From positions 128,001 to 192,000 of the forward strand of contig CAVVLJ010000017.1 in NCBI GenBank assembly GCA_963749075.1: a stretch of 64,000 bases of DNA, in the 5' to 3' direction. Position 1 is the first letter of the stretch. Each line of letters starts with the position of its first letter. A program made the position numbers and the translations under genes. This document shows, piece after piece, positions 7,457 through 17,907 of the stretch. The DNA comes from an uncultured Pseudomonadota bacterium (GTDB taxonomy: Bacteria; Pseudomonadota; Alphaproteobacteria; JACZXZ01). The notes under the pieces are model-generated. The model made no database searches. It was not told the origin of the DNA and worked only from the letters and a program-made list of their open reading frames with translations.

Positions 7457-8962
7457 TCACCTTTCCGGTCCGATGAAGATCGAGGCGTGCCTGACCACCT
7501 CGTGGTTCGCCTGCTCCTCGATCGCGAAGCTCAACGGCGTCGATTCCCCCGCGAGAGCCGCGCGCGGCGCGGTGAGGTAGAGCCGGTAGGTCGCGACCGT
7601 GTCCGGCTCGGCGGTGAGCGCGAGGGGATGGCGCGCGTCGCCCTCAGCCGGGTTGCCGATCACGCTCATGCTGTATGCGGGCAAGCCCGTGAGCGAGAGG
7701 CTGTAAGTCTCGGCCGCATGGGTCTTGTTGAGTATCTTGATCGTATAGCCGTTGCGGATTTCGCGGTTCGAGAGCGTCACGTAGAGCGGGCTTCGCTCGT
7801 GCAGGATGTCGATGCCGAGGTCCGCGCGCATGAGGAGCGCTGCCGTCATGATGGCGCCCACGATCGTCAGGATCGAGGCGTAGATGATCGTGCGCGGGCG
7901 GAGGAGGCGGTAGGAGGCGGGCCTGCCCTGGGCCCGCGCCTGCTGGTTGGCGAGCGTGTCGAAGGTGATGAGGTCGCGCGGCCGGCCGAGCGCCGGCATC
8001 ACGGTGTTGCAGGCATCGATGCAAAGGCCGCAGCCGATGCACTCGAGCTGCGAGCCGTCGCGGATGTCGATCCCCGTCGGGCACACGGCCACGCATTTCA
8101 GGCAGTCGATGCAGTCGCCGCGCCCCGCGAAGCTCGTCCGGCCCTTGAGCTTGCCGCGCGGCTCGCCGCGCCAGGCCTCGTAGGTGACGATGCACGACTG
8201 CTCGTCGAGCATGGCCGACTGGAAGCGCGGCCACGGGCACATGTAGGTGCACACCTGCTCGCGCGCCCAGCCGGCGAGAAGATAGGTCGTCGCCGTGAAG
8301 AGGCAGAGGAAGAAATAGGTCTCGACCGAGGCGGTGCCAGTGACGATGCCGCGTACCGCCTGGGGCGCATCCTGGAAATAGAGCACCCAGGCGCCGCCCG
8401 TGGCCGCCGCGATCGCCAGCCACACCGCGTGCTTGCCGGCCTTCTTGAGCGCCTTGCCCGCGCCGAGCGGGTACTTGTCGAGCCTGATGCGCGCGTTGCG
8501 GTCGCCCTCGATGAGCCGCTCCACCCACATGAAAAGATCGGTCCACACCGTCTGGGGACAGGCATAGCCGCACCAGACGCGGCCCAGGAGGCTGGTCACG
8601 AGGAAGAGGCCGATCGCGGCAATGATGAGGAGACCGGTCAAGAAATAGATCTCCTGCGGCCAGACCTCGATGCCGAAGAAATAGGCGCGCCGGCCGGGCA
8701 GGTCGATGAGGAGCGCTTGATCTGGCGCGGAAGGTCCGCGGTCCCAGCGCAGCCACGGCATGACGTAATAGAGCGTCAAGCAGAAGACCAGCACCGCCCA
8801 CTTGACGCGCCGGAAGGTGCCGGCGATCTTTTGCGGATAGACCTTGATGCGATTGGCGTAGAGCGGCGTCGCCTCCTTTTGCGCCCGCACGGAGACGACC
8901 GCCTCCCCCGGTCCTTCGCTCCGCTCCGGCATTCCCTCCGCGAGCTTCTCGGCGGCGTCCAT
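7457..8962 (-). CDS. ccoG: cytochrome c oxidase accessory protein CcoG/FixG (4Fe-4S)
   Basis: GRVWCGYACPQTVW, CTYMCPWPRFQ, CIDCLKCVAVCP, CIGCGLCIDAC. Confidence 0.96.
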   Translation of the reverse strand: MDAAEKLAEGMPERSEGPGEAVVSVRAQKEATPLYANRIKVYPQKIAGTFRRVKWAVLVFCLTLYYVMPWLRWDRGPSAPDQALLIDLPGRRAYFFGIEVWPQEIYFLTGLLIIAAIGLFLVTSLLGRVWCGYACPQTVWTDLFMWVERLIEGDRNARIRLDKYPLGAGKALKKAGKHAVWLAIAAATGGAWVLYFQDAPQAVRGIVTGTASVETYFFLCLFTATTYLLAGWAREQVCTYMCPWPRFQSAMLDEQSCIVTYEAWRGEPRGKLKGRTSFAGRGDCIDCLKCVAVCPTGIDIRDGSQLECIGCGLCIDACNTVMPALGRPRDLITFDTLANQQARAQGRPASYRLLRPRTIIYASILTIVGAIMTAALLMRADLGIDILHERSPLYVTLSNREIRNGYTIKILNKTHAAETYSLSLTGLPAYSMSVIGNPAEGDARHPLALTAEPDTVATYRLYLTAPRAALAGESTPLSFAIEEQANHEVVRHASIFIGPER

Positions 8963-8994
8963 TCGAGCTCTCCCTGGCGCGGCGGCCGCCTCGG

Positions 8995-9864
8995 CTACTT
9001 CCCGCCGCCGAGCGAGTGGACGTAGACGGCCAGCATCTTGATCGTGGCGTCGTCGAGCCGCCCGGACCAGGCAGGCATGCTGCTGTTGCGCGCGTAAGTG
9101 ATGGTCTGGACGATGCTCGCCTTGTCGCCGCCGTAGAGCCAGATGCCGTTATCGAGCTCCTTGGCGCCGAGCTCGATGTTGCCCTGGCCCTTGTCGCCGT
9201 GGCAGGTGACGCAGTTGTCGGCGAAGAGCTTGACGCCGCGCGCGGCCGCCTTGGCGTCGGTCGGCTTGCCGTTGAGCGACAGCACGAACTCCGCCACGTC
9301 GTCGATCTGGTCCGGCTTGAGGATGCCGTCGGCGCCGAAGCGCGGCATGTCGTTCTGCCGGGAATTCGCGTTCGCGTTGCGGATGCCGTAGGCGACGGTC
9401 TTGTAGATGTTGCCGAGGTCGCCGCCCCACAGCCAGTCGTCGTCGGCGAGATTGGGGTATCCCTTGGAGCCGGCGCCGCCCGAGCCGTGGCAGGGCACGC
9501 AGTTCTCCGCGAAGGCCGCATGGCCGCCGGCGAGCGCGAAATTGAGGAGGTCCGGATCCTTCTCGATCTGCGGAAGCGCCGTGGCGGCGATCCTGCCGAC
9601 CATGGGCGCCATGCGCACCCTCTCCGCCACGAGGCGTTCGGCGATCACCGCGCGCGTCGAATAGCCGAGCACACCGTGGAAATAGCCGTTGAGCCACGGC
9701 CACGACGGATAGAGGATCGAGTAGACGACGGCAAAGGCGATCGAGGCATAGAAGACGAGCACCCACCACTTCGGCAGCGGCGTGTCGAGCTCCTTGATGC
9801 CGTCCCATTCGTGGCCGGTGGTCTCGGTCCCGGTGATGGCGTCCTTTTCGATCTTAGTCGGCAT
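8995..9864 (-). CDS. ccoP: cbb3-type cytochrome c oxidase subunit III
   Basis: TTGHEWDGIKELDTPLPKWW; two heme motifs CVPCH and CVTCH. Confidence 0.97.
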   Translation of the reverse strand: MPTKIEKDAITGTETTGHEWDGIKELDTPLPKWWVLVFYASIAFAVVYSILYPSWPWLNGYFHGVLGYSTRAVIAERLVAERVRMAPMVGRIAATALPQIEKDPDLLNFALAGGHAAFAENCVPCHGSGGAGSKGYPNLADDDWLWGGDLGNIYKTVAYGIRNANANSRQNDMPRFGADGILKPDQIDDVAEFVLSLNGKPTDAKAAARGVKLFADNCVTCHGDKGQGNIELGAKELDNGIWLYGGDKASIVQTITYARNSSMPAWSGRLDDATIKMLAVYVHSLGGGK

Positions 9865-9876
9865 TGTCGGCTCCCC

Positions 9877-10029
9877 TCAATCGCCGTCGCGCAGCGGAAT
9901 CTCCCCGTCGTGCTTGAAGCGCGCCTTGTGCTTCGGCCAATAGGCCCAGGCGACGATCGCCGCGAACACGACGACGAGCGCCACCATGAGCGCGGTGGCG
10001 AGGTGGCTGTAGAGTTCCGCGATTTCCAT
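9877..10029 (-). CDS. ccoQ: cbb3-type cytochrome c oxidase subunit IV (not in ORF track)
   Basis: 50 aa MEIAELYSHL...FAAIVAWAYWPKHKARF...IPLRD between ccoO and ccoP. Confidence 0.9.
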   Translation of the reverse strand: MEIAELYSHLATALMVALVVVFAAIVAWAYWPKHKARFKHDGEIPLRDGD

Positions 10030-10040
10030 GACGCGCGTCC

Positions 10041-10766
10041 TTATTGCTGCAGGTCCTTGGCCGTGTAGTCGTTGAAGTTCACGAGCGTGCCCAGCATCTG
10101 GAGATAGGCGATGAGCGCATCCATCTCGGTGATCCGCTTGGGGTCGCCCGTGAAGGAGGCGGCCACCGCCTTCGGATAGCGCGCGAGCAGCCCCTTGGTG
10201 TCGCCGTTGGGATCGACCTGCACCTCGAGGTCGGCCGCCGCGTCCTTGATCATCTCGTCGCTGTAGGGCACGCCCAATGCGCGCAGCGTGCGCATGCGCT
10301 CAGCGATGTCGGCATAGTTGAGATCGGTCTCGGCGAGGAAGGCATAGGGCGGCATGATCGTCTCCGGCACGACCGAGCGGGGGTCCTTGAGATGCGCCAC
10401 GTGCCAGGCGTTCGAGTACTTGCCGCCGACGCGCGCCAGATCGGGCCCGTTGCGCTTGGAGCCCCATTGGAAGGGATGGTCGTACATGCTCTCGGCCGCC
10501 AGGCTGTAGTGGCCGTAGCGCTCGACCTCGTCGCGGAACGGGCGGATCTGCTGGCTGTGGCAGAGATAGCAGCCCTCGCGCACGTAGATGTCGCGCCCGG
10601 CGAGCTCGAGCGGCGAGTAGGGCCGCACGCCCTTCACGTTCTCGATGGTCGATTCGATGGTGAAGAGCGGGATGATCTGCACGAGCCCGCCGATCGAGAC
10701 GACGATCAGGCTCAAGACCGCAAGCAGGATGACGTTCTTCTCGATCGTCTCGTGACGGAAGCGCAT
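10041..10766 (-). CDS. ccoO: cbb3-type cytochrome c oxidase subunit II
   Basis: [28 protein letters not shown]. Confidence 0.97.
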   Translation of the reverse strand: MRFRHETIEKNVILLAVLSLIVVSIGGLVQIIPLFTIESTIENVKGVRPYSPLELAGRDIYVREGCYLCHSQQIRPFRDEVERYGHYSLAAESMYDHPFQWGSKRNGPDLARVGGKYSNAWHVAHLKDPRSVVPETIMPPYAFLAETDLNYADIAERMRTLRALGVPYSDEMIKDAAADLEVQVDPNGDTKGLLARYPKAVAASFTGDPKRITEMDALIAYLQMLGTLVNFNDYTAKDLQQ

Positions 10767-10774
10767 GGCGAGCC

Positions 10775-12247
10775 TCACTCCCCGGGAACGGTGGCTATCC
10801 GAGGCGGCGGCAGGGCGGCTTCGGCCGCTATGTCGCCGCGGATCGTGCGGGTCAGGTTGTAGGCCATCACCAGGCCGCCGGTGAGGAAGAGCACCCCGCC
10901 CAAGGCGCGGATCACGTAGAACGGATGCATGGCGATCACGCTCTCGACGAACGAGTATTGCAGGAAGCCGAGATTGTCGTAGGCGCGCCACATCAGGCCC
11001 TGCATGATCCCCGACACCCACATCGAGGTGATGTAGAGCACGATGCCCATGGTGGCGATCCAGTAGTGCCAGGCGACGAGCTTCATCGAGTAGAGCTGCC
11101 GGCGCCGCCAGAGGATCGGCACGAGGTGGTAGAGTGCTCCGAAGACGATGAAGGCGACCCAGCCGAGCACGCCCGAGTGCACGTGCCCGATGGTCCAGTC
11201 GGTGTAGTGGCTGAGCGCGTTGACCGGCCTGATCGACATCACCGGGCCCTCGAAGGTGCTCATCCCGTAGAAGCCGACCGAGGTGATCATGAAGCGCAGC
11301 ACGGGGTCCGTGCGCAGCTTGTCCCACGCGCCCGAGAGCGTCATGAGGCCGTTGATCATGCCGCCCCAAGACGGCATCCACAGCATGACCGAGAAGATCA
11401 TGCCGAGCGTCTGCGCCCAGTCGGGCAGCGCCGTGTAGTGGAGGTGATGCGGGCCGGCCCAGATATAGAGGAAGATGAGCGCCCAGAAATGCACGATCGA
11501 GAGGCGGTAGGAATAGATCGGCCGCTCCGCGCGCTTGGGCACGAAGTAGTACATCATGCCGAGAAAGCCCGCGGTCAGGAAGAAGCCGACCGCGTTGTGG
11601 CCGTACCACCATTCGATCATGGCGTCCTGCACGCCCGCGTAGGCGACATAGCTCTTGGTGCCGAACCAGCTCACCGGCAGCGCCACGTTGTTCACGATGT
11701 GCAGCATCGCGATGGTGATGATGAACGAGAGGTAGAACCAGTTGGCGACGTAGATGTGGGGCTCGCGCCGCTTCATGATGGTGCCCATGAAGGCCACGAG
11801 GTAGAGCACCCAGACCAGCGTCAGCCACAGATCGGTGTACCACTCCGGCTCGGCGTACTCCTTCGATTTGGTGACGCCGAGGAGATAGCCGCTCGCCGCC
11901 AGCACGATGAAGAGCTGGTAGCCCCAGAAGATGAACCAGCCGAGCGCTTCGCCGCCGAAGAGCCGCGCGCGGCAGGTGCGCTGCACCACGTAGAACGAGG
12001 TGCCGAGGAGCGCGCTGCCGCCGAAGGCGAAGATGCCGGCCGAGGTGTGGAGCGGGCGTAAGCGCGCCCAGTTGAACCAGGGCGGGATGTTGAGGCCGGG
12101 ATAGGCGAGCTCGGAGGCGATATAGACGCCGGCCAGGAAGGCGGCGATGCCCCAGAAGACCGTGGCGATCATGAAGGCGCGGATGACGTCGTCCACATAG
12201 GGCTCGCTCGGCCGCACTACCGTCGCGGCAACGCCTGTTGTGGCCAT
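10775..12247 (-). CDS. ccoN: cbb3-type cytochrome c oxidase subunit I
   Basis: [34 protein letters not shown]. Confidence 0.98.
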   Translation of the reverse strand: MATTGVAATVVRPSEPYVDDVIRAFMIATVFWGIAAFLAGVYIASELAYPGLNIPPWFNWARLRPLHTSAGIFAFGGSALLGTSFYVVQRTCRARLFGGEALGWFIFWGYQLFIVLAASGYLLGVTKSKEYAEPEWYTDLWLTLVWVLYLVAFMGTIMKRREPHIYVANWFYLSFIITIAMLHIVNNVALPVSWFGTKSYVAYAGVQDAMIEWWYGHNAVGFFLTAGFLGMMYYFVPKRAERPIYSYRLSIVHFWALIFLYIWAGPHHLHYTALPDWAQTLGMIFSVMLWMPSWGGMINGLMTLSGAWDKLRTDPVLRFMITSVGFYGMSTFEGPVMSIRPVNALSHYTDWTIGHVHSGVLGWVAFIVFGALYHLVPILWRRRQLYSMKLVAWHYWIATMGIVLYITSMWVSGIMQGLMWRAYDNLGFLQYSFVESVIAMHPFYVIRALGGVLFLTGGLVMAYNLTRTIRGDIAAEAALPPPRIATVPGE

Positions 12248-12372
12248 GATGCTGAACTCCCCCGCATCGTTGGACCGGGCGGCCCGCGCGCAGGCCGGGA
12301 CCCTCGCGGCTCGTCCCCACGGAGACCCGCGCCGGCCCGAGCGGAAAATTGCGCCAAAATGACCCGCGGGCA

Positions 12373-12386
12373 TTGATCTAACTCAA
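12373..12386. promoter_or_regulatory. FNR/FixK box upstream of ccoN
   Basis: TTGAT-CTAA-CTCAA, one mismatch to consensus, about 125 nt upstream of the ccoN start. Confidence 0.8.
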
Positions 12387-12471
12387 TGCGATGCGAAGTG
12401 ATGGCCGCAGAATGCCGCCAAGAATCCGCTGCGGCGCGGCGGAACACTTGGAATCGTTGCTGCGTGTTATG

Positions 12472-12569
12472 CCCCCCTCCCCAACCCTCCCCCTCAAGGG
12501 GGAGGGGGAGCGTTTGGCATCGCGACGAAAGTCCCCCACCCCCTTGAAGGGGGAGGGTTGGGGAGGGGG
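12472..12569. repeat. REP-like inverted doublet, family A (CCCTCCCC/GGGGAGGG)
   Basis: CCCCCTCCCCAACCCTCCCCCTCAAGGGGGAGGG followed by an inverted copy; related copies at 25517 and 22147. Confidence 0.85.
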
Positions 12570-12618
12570 TGACGCTCGCCGCAATGACCGTAGGCGCCAA
12601 CGCCGCGGCAGGGAGGGG

Positions 12619-13398
12619 ATGGCCATGAGCGAGACGGTTCCTGTCTTCACGACGCCCAGCCCGCGCATCCGGCTGGTACCCGTCGACCGCCCCTGGACGT
12701 GGCTGGCCAAGGGCTGGAGCGATCTCGTGCGCGCACCCGAGGTGAGCCTCGCCTACGGCGGCGTGCTCGTCGCGCTCAGCTTCGCGCTCACGCTCGGGCT
12801 CTATCTCCTCGGCCTGCTTTACCTGCTGCTGCCGCTGGCCGCCGGATTCATGCTCCTGGCACCCGCACTCGCCGTCGGGCTCTACGACACCAGCCGCAGG
12901 CTCGCGGCCGGCGAAGTCTGCACAATCAAGACGGCGCTCGGTGCCTGGCGGCGCAGCCCGGGCTCGATCGCCAGCCTCGGCGTCATCCTGATGTTCAGCC
13001 ACCTCGTCTGGGTGCGCATCGCGACACTCCTCTATCCGCTCTTCTTCGAGGGGCCCAACCCGAGCCTCGCCGAGCTGCCGAACGTCCTCTTCTTCTCGCC
13101 GATGAGCCTGCCCTTCCTCGTGACCGGCACCGTGATCGGCTTCATCTTCGCGGTCTTCGTCTTTGCCCTCGCCGCCGTCTCGTTCCCCATGGTGATCGAC
13201 CGCGACGCCGGCGCCTTCTCGGCGATCGCCACGAGCTTCGCCGCCGTGCGCCACAACTGGCGCCCCATGGCGCTTTGGGCGGCACTCATCACCGTCTTCA
13301 CCGCGGTCGCCCTGGCGCTCTTCTACGTGGGCCTCGCGGTCGCCCTGCCGCTCATCGCCTATGCGAGCTGGCACTGCTACAAGGACGTCGTGGAGTAG
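12619..13398 (+). CDS. DUF2189-like membrane protein (oxidase-associated)
   Basis: PWTWLAKGWSDL, GF.LLAP.LAVGLY..SRR, ASWHCYKD; multiple TM helices. Confidence 0.85.
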   Translation: MAMSETVPVFTTPSPRIRLVPVDRPWTWLAKGWSDLVRAPEVSLAYGGVLVALSFALTLGLYLLGLLYLLLPLAAGFMLLAPALAVGLYDTSRRLAAGEVCTIKTALGAWRRSPGSIASLGVILMFSHLVWVRIATLLYPLFFEGPNPSLAELPNVLFFSPMSLPFLVTGTVIGFIFAVFVFALAAVSFPMVIDRDAGAFSAIATSFAAVRHNWRPMALWAALITVFTAVALALFYVGLAVALPLIAYASWHCYKDVVE

Positions 13399-13400
13399 CC

Positions 13401-14183
13401 TCAGCCGAGGGCGCGGAGTGCGAGGAAGCCGAGGAACCCCGCATTCGCCAGCATGAGCGGAGACGAGAGGGCACGCGCCGCGCGCGGCGCCCGGCGTCCG
13501 AAGAACACCCCGACATAGCCGACCAGGACCAGGCTCGGCACCGTGCCGAGCGCGAAGCCCGCCATGGCGAAGGCACCTGAAAGGACGCCGCCGCTGCCCG
13601 CGGCGGCGGCGAGCGCGCCGTAGAGGAAGCCGCAGGGCAGAAAGCCGAGTGCCAGGCCGAGCGCATAGCCACGGAGGCCCCGCGGGTCGCCGAGGAGCGG
13701 CCGGCTCAGGCGCGCGAGCGGCGCCGCGAGAGCTTTGCCGAAGAGGCTCGGTCCGCGCACGCCGATCGAGCCCGCCAACCCCGAGAGCGCCTGGGCCGCG
13801 AGGAGGAGTGCCGCAAGCACGAGGAAGGCGCCGAGCAGCCAGCGGTGGCCGCTCAGTGCCGCGGCCAGCCCGCCGAGCCCGCCGGCCGCGGCGCCGAGGG
13901 CCGTGTAGGTGGTGAGACGGCCGAGCTGATAGGGCAAGAGGAGGGCGCCCCTGAGGCGGCGCAGCTCGCCGAGCCCCGGTGCCGCCATGCGCTCGGCGTC
14001 CGCCGTGACTTGCGCGAGCACGAAGGGGCCGCACATACCCGCGCAATGGCTCACGCCGCCGACCAGGCCGACGAGGAAGAGTGCCGCCGGCAGCCCCGCG
14101 GCGCCGAGTGCGGCAACAAGCCCGCCGAGCCAGGAATGGCCGCCGCAGAACGCCGCGAGCGAGGCGAGCCAGCCGGCGATCAT
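13401..14183 (-). CDS. DsbD_2/TauE-like membrane protein associated with cbb3 assembly
   Basis: SHCAGMCGP, YQLGRLTTY, GFLPCGFLY, FALGTVP. Confidence 0.88.
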   Translation of the reverse strand: MIAGWLASLAAFCGGHSWLGGLVAALGAAGLPAALFLVGLVGGVSHCAGMCGPFVLAQVTADAERMAAPGLGELRRLRGALLLPYQLGRLTTYTALGAAAGGLGGLAAALSGHRWLLGAFLVLAALLLAAQALSGLAGSIGVRGPSLFGKALAAPLARLSRPLLGDPRGLRGYALGLALGFLPCGFLYGALAAAAGSGGVLSGAFAMAGFALGTVPSLVLVGYVGVFFGRRAPRAARALSSPLMLANAGFLGFLALRALG

Positions 14184-14193
14184 GGCCGCCGCA

Positions 14194-15546
14194 TCACACG
14201 GCGACCGAGTGGCGCGCCGTCTCGGCCGCGAGATAGACGTCGAAGGCGGCGCACACGCTGCGGACGAGCGGACGGCCGAGCTCGGTCACCCTGAGGTGGC
14301 CGCCCTCGAGGGCGGCCAGGCCGTCGTCGATCATGGGTTGCAGCGCCCGGCGCTCGGCGTCGAGGGCCGCCGGATCGACGCCGTAGCGGCGGCAGAGGGC
14401 ATCGAGCCGCACCTCGAGGCAGCACATCAGGTGCTGGATGATGTCGCGGCGCAGCCGGTCGTCGTCGTCGAGCGCCACGCCGCGCAGCGTGGCGAGCTCG
14501 CCGCGGCCGATCGCCTCGCCGTAGGTGCGGACGTCCGGGCTGTTCTGCGCGTAGCCCAGAGGGCCGAGCGAGCCGATGGCCGACGCGCCGAGGCCGAGCA
14601 GCACGTCCGCGCTGTCGGTCGTATAGCCCTGGAAATTCCGCCGCAGCGTGCCGCCTTTCGCAGCGAGGGCGAGCGGGTCCTGGGCCCGTGCGAAATGATC
14701 GAGCCCGATGGCGGCGTAGCCGCGCTCGACCAGCGCCGCGGCGGCGGCGGCGGCCTGCGCGGCGCGCGCCTCGGGTGCCGGCAGGGCCGCCTCGGGCAGC
14801 AGGCGCTGGTGCTTCTTCATCCAGGGCACGTGGGCGTAGCCGAAGACCGCGACGCGGTCGGGCGCCAGGGTCAGCGCGCGCTCGACCATGGCGACGACGC
14901 CTTCGACCGTCTGGTGCGGCAGGCCGTACATGAGATCGAGGTTGATCTCGGCGATGCCGTTGGCGCGCAGCGCGTCGGCCGCCCGCGCGGTCGTCTCGTA
15001 AGGCTGGACGCGGTTGATCGCCTGCTGCACGGGGCGTGCGAAATCCTGCACGCCGAGGCTGGCGCGATTGACGCCGGCGGCGCCGAGCGCCCTGGCCTGC
15101 TCCAGGCTCAGCCCGCGCGGATCGATCTCGACCGCGAAGCCCATGCCGGCGGCCGGCGCGAAGTCGTGAACAAGGGCCTCGGCGAGGCGGCCGAGATCGC
15201 GCGCGCTCAGCATGGTGGGCGTGCCGCCGCCGAGATGGATCTGGCCGACCTCGCGCCGCCCGCCCAAGGCATCCGCAACCAGTGCGATCTCCTTGAGCAG
15301 GGTGTCGAGATAGGCGCCGACCGGGCCGTAATGGTTGACCACGCGCATGCTGCAGCCGCAGAACCAGCAGAGCGAGCGGCAGAACGGGATATGCAAATAG
15401 AGCGAAAGCGGGCCGGGCGCTGCGAGCTCGCCGAGCCAGGTGCGGTAGCGGCGCGCGTCCACCTCGGGGCCGAAATGCGGCGCCGTCGGGTAGCTCGTGT
15501 AGCGCGGCACCGGCCGCGCGTATTTGGCGAGGAGCTCTGGCCTCAT
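14194..15546 (-). CDS. hemN: oxygen-independent coproporphyrinogen III oxidase
   Basis: PRYTSYPTAPHF, HIPFCRSLCWFCGC radical-SAM motif, RNFQGY. Confidence 0.96.
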   Translation of the reverse strand: MRPELLAKYARPVPRYTSYPTAPHFGPEVDARRYRTWLGELAAPGPLSLYLHIPFCRSLCWFCGCSMRVVNHYGPVGAYLDTLLKEIALVADALGGRREVGQIHLGGGTPTMLSARDLGRLAEALVHDFAPAAGMGFAVEIDPRGLSLEQARALGAAGVNRASLGVQDFARPVQQAINRVQPYETTARAADALRANGIAEINLDLMYGLPHQTVEGVVAMVERALTLAPDRVAVFGYAHVPWMKKHQRLLPEAALPAPEARAAQAAAAAAALVERGYAAIGLDHFARAQDPLALAAKGGTLRRNFQGYTTDSADVLLGLGASAIGSLGPLGYAQNSPDVRTYGEAIGRGELATLRGVALDDDDRLRRDIIQHLMCCLEVRLDALCRRYGVDPAALDAERRALQPMIDDGLAALEGGHLRVTELGRPLVRSVCAAFDVYLAAETARHSVAV

Positions 15547-15580
15547 GGCCGCAGCATGCGTCGGCCTGCGCCGCCGTTCT

Positions 15581-15594
15581 TTGACCTGGATCAA
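15581..15594. promoter_or_regulatory. FNR/FixK box upstream of hemN
   Basis: TTGAC-CTGG-ATCAA, 35 nt upstream of the hemN start. Confidence 0.8.
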
Positions 15595-16319
15595 GGGGCA
15601 AGCACGGCGCTGGCGGGATTTGCGGCCGGACTCAAGGGCACCGGCCGGCCGGGGAAGGCGAGCTCGTGCCGCGCCCGCCACTCGGGTGTCACGTAGTTCA
15701 CGATGAGCGAGCGCCGGATGCCGCGGATCGGCCGGCGGCGGAAGCCGTGCCAGCTGTCCGTGCCGGGGATGAAGATGAGGCCGCAATTGAAGTCGGCAGG
15801 TGCCGTGCCGACGGGCTCGAGTACCGCATCGTAGAGATCGGTGCCCCAGCCGGCCGCCTCGGGCCCGGTCGAGAGATAGACCAGCATGGTGAAGCGCTTG
15901 GCCGCGATGTCGGTGTGCGGCTCGAGCCAGAAGCCGTCGCGGTCCTGGCAATATTCGAGGCGCAGATAGCTGCCGCCGAGCTCGATGCCGCAGCCGGCCT
16001 CGAGCTGTGCTACGACGCCCGGATGCTGGAAGGCGCCGGCGACGGCGGCGCAAAGCGGGAAGCGCTGCCGCTCCTCGGGGGCGAAGAACACGCGCGTGCT
16101 GTTGTGGGTCTCGCGCCGCCCGAGCGTGTCGCCGATGTCGGGCGGTGCGAAGGGCAAGCCTCCGACCCCCTCGGCAAGCGCCGGCGGCAGCACGTCGCTC
16201 AAGAGCCAGTGCCGGAAGGGCCGCTCGACGCGGCGGCCCGCCGCGAGCCGCGCCGCGATGTGCGTCGCCGGCTCGCCGCCGGCGCCGGCGGCCGTAGGGC
16301 CCGGATCAGCGAAAGCCAT
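15591..16319 (-). CDS. 2-oxoglutarate/Fe(II)-dependent oxygenase family protein
   Basis: HxD (PHTD), distal His (SWHGF) and R-x-S-like RRSLIVNY. Confidence 0.8.
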   Translation of the reverse strand: MAFADPGPTAAGAGGEPATHIAARLAAGRRVERPFRHWLLSDVLPPALAEGVGGLPFAPPDIGDTLGRRETHNSTRVFFAPEERQRFPLCAAVAGAFQHPGVVAQLEAGCGIELGGSYLRLEYCQDRDGFWLEPHTDIAAKRFTMLVYLSTGPEAAGWGTDLYDAVLEPVGTAPADFNCGLIFIPGTDSWHGFRRRPIRGIRRSLIVNYVTPEWRARHELAFPGRPVPLSPAANPASAVLAP

Positions 16320-16393
16320 GGAAAACCCCCTCTGCCACAGCCGCGGCCGCAGCCCACGGCGGAGAGTCTGCCCGATGGCGAGCGCCGAAGGGA

Positions 16394-16407
16394 TTGATCC
16401 AGATCAA
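16394..16407. promoter_or_regulatory. perfect FNR/FixK box between the oxygenase and the Mo-hydroxylase operon
   Basis: TTGAT-CCAG-ATCAA, exact consensus. Confidence 0.85.
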
Positions 16408-16528
16408 ATTCGCTACACTTCGCCCTCGACCCTCGTTCGGCGCTGGACTAGTGTTCGTCTCGGCCGGTTCGAGAGAGATGGCTCGAAGCGGGCAGTGCGG
16501 TCGCGCGAACAAGGAAGAGATAAAGCCC

Positions 16529-17395
16529 ATGCTCGAATATACGGCCCCGTCGACGGTCGAGGAGGCCATCCGCATCCTGTCCAGCGCCTCCGGGTCGGCG
16601 AAGCTCCTCTCCGGAGGGACCGACCTGCTCGTTCAGCTTCGCTCGGGCCGCACCAAGCCGGAGCTGATCGTCGATACGAAGAAGATACCCGGCATGATCG
16701 GCATCCGCGAGGTGGCTGGCGGCTTCGTGATCGGCGCCGCAACGCCGGGTGCCATGATCGGCGAATGCGAAAGCCTCAAGAAGGCCTGGCCGGGGGTGGT
16801 CGAGGCCGCCAATCTGATCGGCTCGACCCAGATACAGGGGCGGGCCTCGCTCGCCGGCAACCTCTGCAACGCGTCGCCGGCGGCGGACAGCGTCCCGGCG
16901 CTGATCGTGGCACGCGCAACCTGCGTCGTGGCGGGCGCCAAGGGGCGGCGCGAGGTTCCGGTGGAGGACATCGTCACGGGCCCGGGACGCACCTCCCTCG
17001 CCCGGGACGAGCTGATCGTCGAATTCCGCCTGCCCAAGCGGCCGCCGCGCTCGGGGGATGCCTATCTGCGCTTCATTCCGCGGACCGAGATGGACATCGC
17101 CGTGGTCGGCGCCGGGGTCAACGTGACGCTCGACGCGAGCGGCGCCTGTACCGAGGCACGAGTGGCCCTGGGCGCCGTGGCGCCGACGCCCATCCTGGTT
17201 CCCGAAGCCGCCGCCGCTCTCGTCGGCCGCAGGCTCGACGAAAAGACGCTGGCGACGCTCGACGGTGCTGCGCGGCGCGCCTGCAAGCCCATCGACGACA
17301 AGCGCGGCACGATCGAATTCCGCACCAAGATCGCCGGCGTCCTCGCAAGGCGCGCGGCTGCAATCGCCTTCGAGCGCGCGGGGGAGCAACGATGA
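16529..17395 (+). CDS. xanthine dehydrogenase/CoxM-family FAD-binding subunit
   Basis: LSGGTDL, IGSTQIQGRASLAGNLCNASPAADS. Confidence 0.93.
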   Translation: MLEYTAPSTVEEAIRILSSASGSAKLLSGGTDLLVQLRSGRTKPELIVDTKKIPGMIGIREVAGGFVIGAATPGAMIGECESLKKAWPGVVEAANLIGSTQIQGRASLAGNLCNASPAADSVPALIVARATCVVAGAKGRREVPVEDIVTGPGRTSLARDELIVEFRLPKRPPRSGDAYLRFIPRTEMDIAVVGAGVNVTLDASGACTEARVALGAVAPTPILVPEAAAALVGRRLDEKTLATLDGAARRACKPIDDKRGTIEFRTKIAGVLARRAAAIAFERAGEQR

Positions 17396-17868
17396 CCAAG
17401 CATCACGTCTCGGCTAAGATCAACGGCGAGCCCGCCGAATTCCTCTGCGAGCCGCAGCAGACCCTCTTGGACGCGCTGCGCGACGAGCTCCACCTCACGG
17501 GCAGCAAGGAAGGCTGCAGCTCCGGCGATTGCGGCGCCTGCAGCGTGATCGTCGACGGCCGCGTCGTCTGCTCCTGCCTGATGCTGGCGGTCGAGGCCGA
17601 GGGGCGCGCGGTCGAGACGATCGAGGGCCTCGCGCGCGGCACCAAGCTCCACCCGTTGCAGCAGAAATTCCTCGAGCACGCGGCGCTGCAATGCGGCTTC
17701 TGCACGCCGGGCCTGCTGGTCGCGGCGAAGGCTCTCTTGGACCGCAATCCGGACCCGTCCGAGAGCGAGACGCGCTACTGGCTGGCCGGGAACCTCTGCC
17801 GCTGCACCGGCTACGACAAGGTGATCCGCGCCGTTCTCGACGCAGCCGCCGAGCTGCGCGCGGAGTAA
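17392..17868 (+). CDS. xanthine dehydrogenase/CoxS-family 2Fe-2S subunit
   Basis: GCSSGDCGAC...SC, QCGFCTPG, GNLCRCTGY. Confidence 0.95.
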   Translation: MTKHHVSAKINGEPAEFLCEPQQTLLDALRDELHLTGSKEGCSSGDCGACSVIVDGRVVCSCLMLAVEAEGRAVETIEGLARGTKLHPLQQKFLEHAALQCGFCTPGLLVAAKALLDRNPDPSESETRYWLAGNLCRCTGYDKVIRAVLDAAAELRAE

Positions 17869-17907
17869 GCCCGAGGTGACGTTCGTCCGAGATCAGGCGA
17901 GGAAGCC

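Noticed and set aside
5591-9025. 1144-aa plus-strand ORF
   Set aside because: Antisense shadow of ccoGHI caused by high-GC codon bias; no recognisable motifs
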